This document shows positions 56,355-64,000 of a stretch of DNA of 64,000 bases, in pieces. Both the position numbers and the translations under genes were made by a program. The DNA lies in the NCBI GenBank assembly GCA_951406725.2, contig OX597819.1:16492001-16556000 (forward strand), read 5' to 3'. A model generated the notes under the pieces. It did not search any database. It was given only the letters and a program-made list of their open reading frames with translations, and was not told where the DNA came from. Numbering within the stretch: position 1 is the stretch's first letter; each line of letters starts with the position of its first letter. The stretch comes from Octopus vulgaris (lineage: Eukaryota).

Positions 56355-57739
56355 AAGAACTGATGTGTGATAGAAATGTATAATATATAAATTAATTTTA
56401 TTACCATCATTTTTATACTGTACAATGGTTTTTCTTTTCCATTTTGTATTCAAAATAAATACAGAAAATGAAAAAAAAAAAAGAAGAAAAAAAGAAAAAT
56501 ATTCCAAAATACTTTTTAAGTGTAAAGAATTCCTGAAACTTGTATGTTTTCTTGGCAAAATATTGCTTTTAATAAAATAAATAAATAAATAAAAAACATT
56601 TGTAAATGCTGTTTGGAAGTAACAAAAAGAAAGTTTAAAGAATAGAAGATGGAAAATAGGTTAAGAACTAAATATAATATAAAATTGTGACTTTTTTTTT
56701 TACCAAAATTGGATATTTGTTTAACTAATGAATTATAGAGTAACAAACTCCATAAGAAAACAAGGCCAGTTTTGTCATAAGGGATATAATTAACTGAACA
56801 GATCCCTATATATTACTGGCATTGAAGTTAAAAACTTCCCATAAGGAATGGAAAGCAAACTTGTCAGCCGTTGTAAGGTTGAACTCAAAATTGTGGTTTA
56901 ATGTTTTCATTTGTTTGTTTTACATGACTTTGTCAGAGGAGGAAGGTCAGTCTTCATAACCCTTTTGTACAGAGCACCGAAGACTGATGGGAGAAAAGAA
57001 ACAAGTTATCCTTAAATTGGAGACCTGGCCTCAATGCTTGCAGCAGAGGGGATTCCATTAAAGATACTCAAAGAACCATGTGTGTGTATGTTAAACCGTA
57101 TGATGGATTCAGTACACTACAACAAAAATCTAGTCATTCTGATGGGCTTCCATAAAGTTTCTGTCTACCCAATTTCACTCAGGGCATTGGTCAACTGGAG
57201 GCTTTGAAAAAACTCTTGCTAAGCTGTTATGCAGTAGGACAGAACCTGAAGTCATGTTGTTGCTAAATGAACTTAAGCAAACAGCTGTAGCTGCAATCAA
57301 GTGTGTAGTTTATGGATCTGTTCTCTCTGCTATCCTCACAGCCTCTTTAAATGATTAATTACAATGTTTTATACATAGATGTAAAGTGTTCAAGGGTTTT
57401 ATGGGGTGGAATTTTAAGGGAAGGGGAAAAGATGGATTGGTGTATCATTTAAGCCTTTTCCAGATTAGTTAACAAGTCTATGAGCAGTGAAAACATTTGA
57501 AGTTTTTGAACCCGTGTCACAAGATTTGTCTTTCAAGGAGCTTACTATGGATCAAGGTAACAGCTTCATTTATAATCAACAAGGTTTGCATATGAAAGCC
57601 CTAAGAAACAAAACAGTGCCTAGGTCACAATAAGAACCCTTTACCTTTTTATCCTGCATCTCCAGCACACATCGCTCCCTCCGTCCAAATATATTTCTCA
57701 AAAGCTACACAACTTGTTTGGCACAAGAATATGAAGTGT

Positions 57740-58426
57740 AGTGGTGAATTATAAGTTGGTTGAATGAACCCTACAACATGACTGGTATGTGCTTTATTGT
57801 CCTTGGGTGGATGAAAGACAAAATTAATCTCAATGTGATTTGAACTCAGAATTTAAAGTAACATGGCAACATATTTTTTTTCTACTACCATACTATCCAT
57901 ATTATAGCATTGGCATAAGGCCACACATTTTAAGAGAGGATATGGTTTATTCAGTCAATCCAGTACCTACTTTGTACATATTCTGTTGACTCCTAAAATG
58001 ATGAAGCAAAGACAACCACTTCAGGATTGAACTCATAATACATAACTAAACAACACTGTATCTTTCCTAAATGGCACAAGGCCATTAACTGACAGGTGCT
58101 TGGTTGGTCCTTATTTTATCATACCCACATGGATAAAAGTAAATTTCATCTGTGTGGAATTTGAACTCAGAATGTTAAATAAAATAAATACTAGTAGGCA
58201 TTTTTTCTCTTTTACTAATTCTGCCATTTACCACTCTCACAAAAGTAATAACTGTTTCTAACAGAGGCCCAGGACCCATCATTTGGGTGGGGTTGGGACA
58301 AACAAATCAACCCTACTACTTAAAACCCTGTTTTATCAACTGTGGAAGGATAAAAAGCAAAGTAAATCTTCATGACATTTGAACTCAGAACATAAAGGTA
58401 CACAATACTGCAAGATAATTTAAAAG

Positions 58427-58457
<31 letters not shown>

Positions 58458-59000
58458 TAACTTCTAATATAGAAACAAGGGCCTGAAATTTCAAGGAAGT
58501 TAAGAGGACATTTGATTAAATTTGGAATTGAACTCTGAATGTAAAGAGCTGGAACAAAAACTGCAAAGCATTTTGTTTGACTCTCTGACTTAGGTACAAA
58601 GCCAGCAATTTTAAGGGGAGGGGTTTTCTTGATTACATTCACTTTAGTACTTCACTAGTATTTTATTTTATTGACTTCAAAAGGACAAGAAGTAGAGCTG
58701 AACTCAGTGGGATTTGAACTCAGAATGTAGAAGAATGAAACACCACAAGCCATTTTGTCCAACGTATTAAGAATTCTGCCATTTTGTTACATTTCAAGCA
58801 GTTTCTAAAATGCTCAAACATTTTGGGGAAGGAGTCTGGTTGATTAAATTAATCTCACTACTTCACTGCTACAAAGTTTATTTCTTTTTGAGCCAGAAGG
58901 ACGAAAGTGAAGTTGGTTTTGGTGAGATTTAAAATGAAAGCATAAAGAGATATACTCAAAGGTATTCTACCATTTTGTCAGGCATTCTATCAAGTTTGCC
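57740..59000 (+). repeat. Head-to-tail cluster of decayed SINE-derived units
   Basis: At least 7 same-orientation copies of ...ggatgaaag.caaag...gg(a)atttgaactcagaa(t/c)gtaaag...gcatttt at ~57840, 58025, 58160, 58380, 58525, 58710 and 58925. Confidence 0.7.
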
Positions 59001-60484
59001 AATCTGCTTTCCTCATAATAATCACCATTTTAACATCTGCTTCTTCCAGGCTGACAAAAATTAAATGAAACTACTTGAGGCAGAATTCTCTCAGATACTG
59101 GTCCTGATGCCAGTCCTTAGATGTCTTTTTTTCAAATAAAGTACTATATTTCACATCTCTGTATGCCCAGCAGCCACCAAAATATATCTATGGGGGACAT
59201 ACACAATGTGAATGGCAAGGGGATGTCAATGCCGACATGTGATACAAACACGCACATGCATATTTGCACACATACACACACACTACATACATACATACAT
59301 GATATATATATATATCAATAATGGGTGTTCATACAGCTCCTATGCACCAAACTCCATTCAAAAGGCAATAGTTAGTCTGAGGCTACAGTAGAAGACACTT
59401 GCTCAAAGTGTCACACACTATGATCACACCCCAAAACCACATGGTTGAAAAACAAAACTTCTTAACCACACAGCCACGTCTGTGCTTCAATTATAATCAT
59501 TTCTAATATTGAAACAAAATTACATATTTGCTGGGGACACATAAAGAGGAATGTGTTAAAATCTAGCCAGGGTTTCCCTTGGTTATAAATGAGGTCTAAC
59601 AACAGTGAATGACAACTGTTCAGGTCACAGGTTCAAATGAAAGAGTCTACAAAGCTTGCTGGTGAAACATGGGTGCAAATATTGTTAAGTGTCATAACTG
59701 CAACAGTCTGTTTTTTTAAACGTACTGATTGTATACCGCTTGGCTCTATAACCTCTCTCACAGACCCATTCCTCATCTCCCAGATATGAGACTAAACATA
59801 CTTATTTTTTCAACCAATCCTTCCTCCTTCAACAAATGCTGCTCACTGAAACTCATTCCTGCCTATGTCTTTTTTTTTTTCTCTCCAACCCTCCATTTTC
59901 AGCAAACATTAAACACCTTCACCGATCTCAAAAAGGTCAGTCTGGAAGTGTAATTCTATCAATATAGATGGAGCCCTATAGATCCATATTTTAGACTGTA
60001 TAGGGGTTCAAAAAAGGGCAAAATGAAAAGGCTGTAAACACAGTCTTTTCGCATCAAAATATTTATGAAATAATGAGAATTTATTAACCACAAAGTGAAT
60101 TACTGAAAACGACTTAGGGATGAAGTTTCATTTCATTGAACCCTGGCATATTACTGGTATTTAATATACAAAGAAACATTTGAACCTCGTTAGTTAAAGC
60201 ATCTTTTTTTTTCATCTCCTAATCCTTTCTGGTATAATTCTCAGTGTTTAGTTATCATGGAAACTATTAAAAGTAAAAAGTGGAAGTAAATAATAATGGG
60301 CAGTGGGGCCACAGAGTTTGAACAATGATAACAATCACACAAATGACACGGTGGGGCAGGTGGAGGAAAGGGCAGTTGTGTGGTGGAGAAGTTGAACTAA
60401 CAAAGAAAACACACTTCTAAAATATTAATATTTTTTACTTTTCAAGATTAGAAAACAATTAAAATTGAAATAATAATAATAATG

Positions 60485-60542
<58 letters not shown>

Positions 60543-60672
60543 GGGATTTTACCAAGGGGTGACAAGAAACAGGATTTCAGTAATAAATGTAAAAATAAAA
60601 ATAAAAATAATAATAATAATAAGGAAAGGGGGTTAAAAAAAATTAAGATTATATTAACAATTCGTTTGTGTG

Positions 60673-60727
<55 letters not shown>

Positions 60728-61177
60728 CCTGTGGATCAAAAAAAATCTTTTGTTTTGTTTTTTTTCATAAAAGATCAGAGATTTTGGTTTTATCTTTTTG
60801 TTGTCAATTGTTGTTGATTTAAAGTTTGGTGATTATTGTAGGATTAAATTAGGGGGAAGAGGCAGGTGTATGGATGGGTGAGTGAATGTAAAGATTATTG
60901 GAACAACAATTATTTGTTTTGCTATGTATTTCATAGGGTGTTGTTTTGTGGGGCTGGGGAACCAACTTTTCTTTTGTCTGTTGTCTTTGTTGGTGTTGTT
61001 GTCAAAATAGACTTGGAATTATAGGGATTGTTGGAGGAAGGAAAATGACTGTACAGAATTTTGTGTGGGTGTCTGGTGGATAAGGTTGTTGTTCTTGTTC
61101 TTGTTGTCCTGAAATAGTTTTGGTGGTACTGGCTGTGGTAGCATACACAAGTCTATATTTATATATCAGAGAAATTT

Positions 61178-61223
<46 letters not shown>

Positions 61224-61920
61224 TGTGCGTGTACATGTGTGTTGTATCCATTTCTGCTTTTAAACATTTTCGAAGTATTTATTAAAAATTTAAGACAAGA
61301 CATCAATTTACATTTTCAATGCCATCGACACAAATGTTTGGGGTGTTTTGTCTTTAATTCTTTTTCTTCTGTTTCTTTTTTTTTTAGTCAAAAAAAAAAC
61401 ATTTAAAAAAACAAGAAAAAATATTTAATTAAAAATTTAAATATTTCAACCAACAACAACAACAAAAACAACAACAACTTTTTGCTGAGAAGTTCGTCAA
61501 CACATAATCCAAATGTGGTTCTTAATGTTACCACAAACACATTTTGAAGGATATCATTTTATTATTATTATTATTTTTTTCAAAACAGCAAAGTATATAT
61601 ATTTATAAAAAAAACTGTATATATATTATTTTTAAACTCATTTTTATATGCAATATATATACATACACATATATATGTGTGTATATACACACATATGAAT
61701 ATATGTGTGTATATGTATATTGATTATTTTTCAATTCATTATATATACATATGTGTTTGATTATTTCTTTTTTTCCATATATATATGTATATATATGTAT
61801 GTATGTATGCATGTACGTATTTGTGTGTGATCATTTTTAACAGAATTATGTGTATATAATTTATATATATACACACACACACACACAAGCACATGCATTC
61901 GTATATATATATATATTTAT

Positions 61921-61952
<32 letters not shown>

Positions 61953-62071
61953 GATTGTTTTTTTAACATATTTGCATGTGTAATTATTTTAAACTCATAT
62001 ATACACACATAATATGTGTATATATTTATGTGAATAATTATACATTATATATATATATATACATATACATA

Positions 62072-62105
<34 letters not shown>

Positions 62106-62618
62106 CATGTATATACACATACACACATGCATATATATATACATACATATATTGACATGTATGTATGCAAATACATACACAATGATATTCATATAAATTT
62201 ATCACCCACCCACAGCCAGAAACAACTTTTTGAGAATATCATATTTAACAGAGAGAATTTTGAATTAATTTCAAAAATGTTTTTGTCATTTCAAAAAATT
62301 ACTTGGCACAGATATTCGAAAATCATAATTCACAGGAAAACGTGGGAAAACGTGAAAAATTAAAATACTTTCAAAACGAAAAACTATATACAATGCAATA
62401 GATTTTCCGTTGATAAATTAAAATTTCATTTCTTTTCATATTTCATTTTGATGAGTTTTTTAAAAATGTTTTTTCATTTTTTTGTAATATATTTTATATA
62501 TATATGTAATTTTTTTAAACTTTTAATTAAATATTTTTAATGCTTTTATTTTTGTTATGTTTTTTTCAATTATTTATTTTTGTTGGTTTGCTTGTTCATT
62601 ATTCATGAATATTCATAT

Positions 62619-62697
<79 letters not shown>

Positions 62698-63578
62698 TAT
62701 ATGTATATATTATATATACACATACCCACACACACACATATATATATATAATATATATATATATAACTGTTGTTTTTAGAAATAATGATTATAATAATTA
62801 TTATTATTATCATCATCATGATTTTTTTTTTAAATAAATTTCCTTTCTTCGATAATGCAACTTAATAAATTTTAGGCACAAAATTGCTGTCAGAACATTG
62901 CATAAATTAGGAAGAAATTCAAATGAATATATCTATGGCTTTTTTTGAAAAAAATTCATATCATGTAGGTTGATTTTTGTTTTTTCTGGGTTTTTTTTTT
63001 TTGCATTTTTTCGATAGCTATTCCAACAAGCCTTCCCACATTGAATCATTATCATTTTCAATATTATTATTATCATTATCATTATTATTAATATTGTTGT
63101 CATTCTTTTTATTTATTTACTTTTTTTGTCACATTGTATCCTTAGAGAGTCGTACAGGAAAAAATAAACAAAAATAACAAGCTTAAAAATTAAAAGTGAT
63201 GCACGCACAGACACAAACACACACACACTTCCATATATACACACAAAAATGAAACAAGATTTACAAAATATAAGAAAGGCTTATCTAAATATTGATACCC
63301 CTTCCTACCCAATAATGAAATGGAAAGGTTTATTAAAAGTATTATTTTTGGTGAACTTTAGTATTAATATTATTGTTTTTTCTTTATTTTTAGTATAATT
63401 TGTTTTGTTGTTGTTATTATTATTATTATCATGATTGTAATATTTGTTTTCTTTCACCAAGATTTATCATTAGTTCTATATGCCCATCAAACAAAAACAG
63501 TCTTTGGGAGATTCAATGTTTAATTTAGATTATCATTATCATAAATTATTATTATTATTATTATTGCTATCATCATCA

Positions 63579-63609
<31 letters not shown>

Positions 63610-64000
63610 TTATTGTCGTTATCGTTATTATTGTGTTTTTTCAAGTGTTCATGTAAATTTGTAACTCTATCCCCAGTTACATGTATCATCCTCAGGTGTG
63701 TACAATATTGTTTTATACTTGCACATTTAATATGTTGTGTACAATGTGTTATTGCATAAATGATCTGGTATAGAATATATGCTATATAAAGTTATTGCAG
63801 TAGTGAAAATCTGATTCACAACTTTTGCAGTGTCTACTGCTTTTGTTTTTGTAGGAAATAGAGGAAGGTTTTTGTCTAAAAGTGTTTGTTATGGTATAAG
63901 TCACAATATCTTTTTGTTCATGCTTTTATTATGATATTACTAAGTTCTCCAATAATTACTGGTGTGATTTTACTTTTGTTCCCAGCAAATTGCATTATTT

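Noticed and set aside
60930-61160. Short Q/N/T-rich minus-strand ORFs
   Set aside because: At most ~50 codons, low complexity, weak splice signals; more like UTR or intron.

Overview
Eukaryotic, AT-rich, microsatellite-dense genomic DNA. The SINE, RTE and Penelope repeat families and the (AT)n/(AC)n/(GATA)n load look like an Octopus (cephalopod) genome; this is an inference. The only clearly assignable host gene is a minus-strand spliced DnaJ/Hsp40 co-chaperone (DNAJC4/DnaJ-60-like). Its coding exons are 10481-10396, 8584-8485, 7902-7688 and 340-152 (continuing left of the window), with a probable 5'UTR exon near 14.0 kb. Upstream lies a dense transposon island: Penelope remnants with hammerhead-like motifs, a full-length 4.2-kb Gypsy-like LTR retrotransposon (16599-20785), two R4/Dong-clade LINE 3' ends sitting in (TAA)n, a ~0.9-kb patterned (TTA)n array, a decayed mariner, non-autonomous Helitrons, MITEs and SINEs. 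The most striking signal is in the LTR element. It has no canonical TGG primer-binding site; instead the 12 nt abutting its 5' LTR are the exact complement of nt 1-12 (the 5' end) of metazoan tRNA-Phe. It also has a textbook GGGAAAC slippery site followed by an H-type pseudoknot at the gag-pol junction. Most ORFs in the supplied track are microsatellite artefacts.
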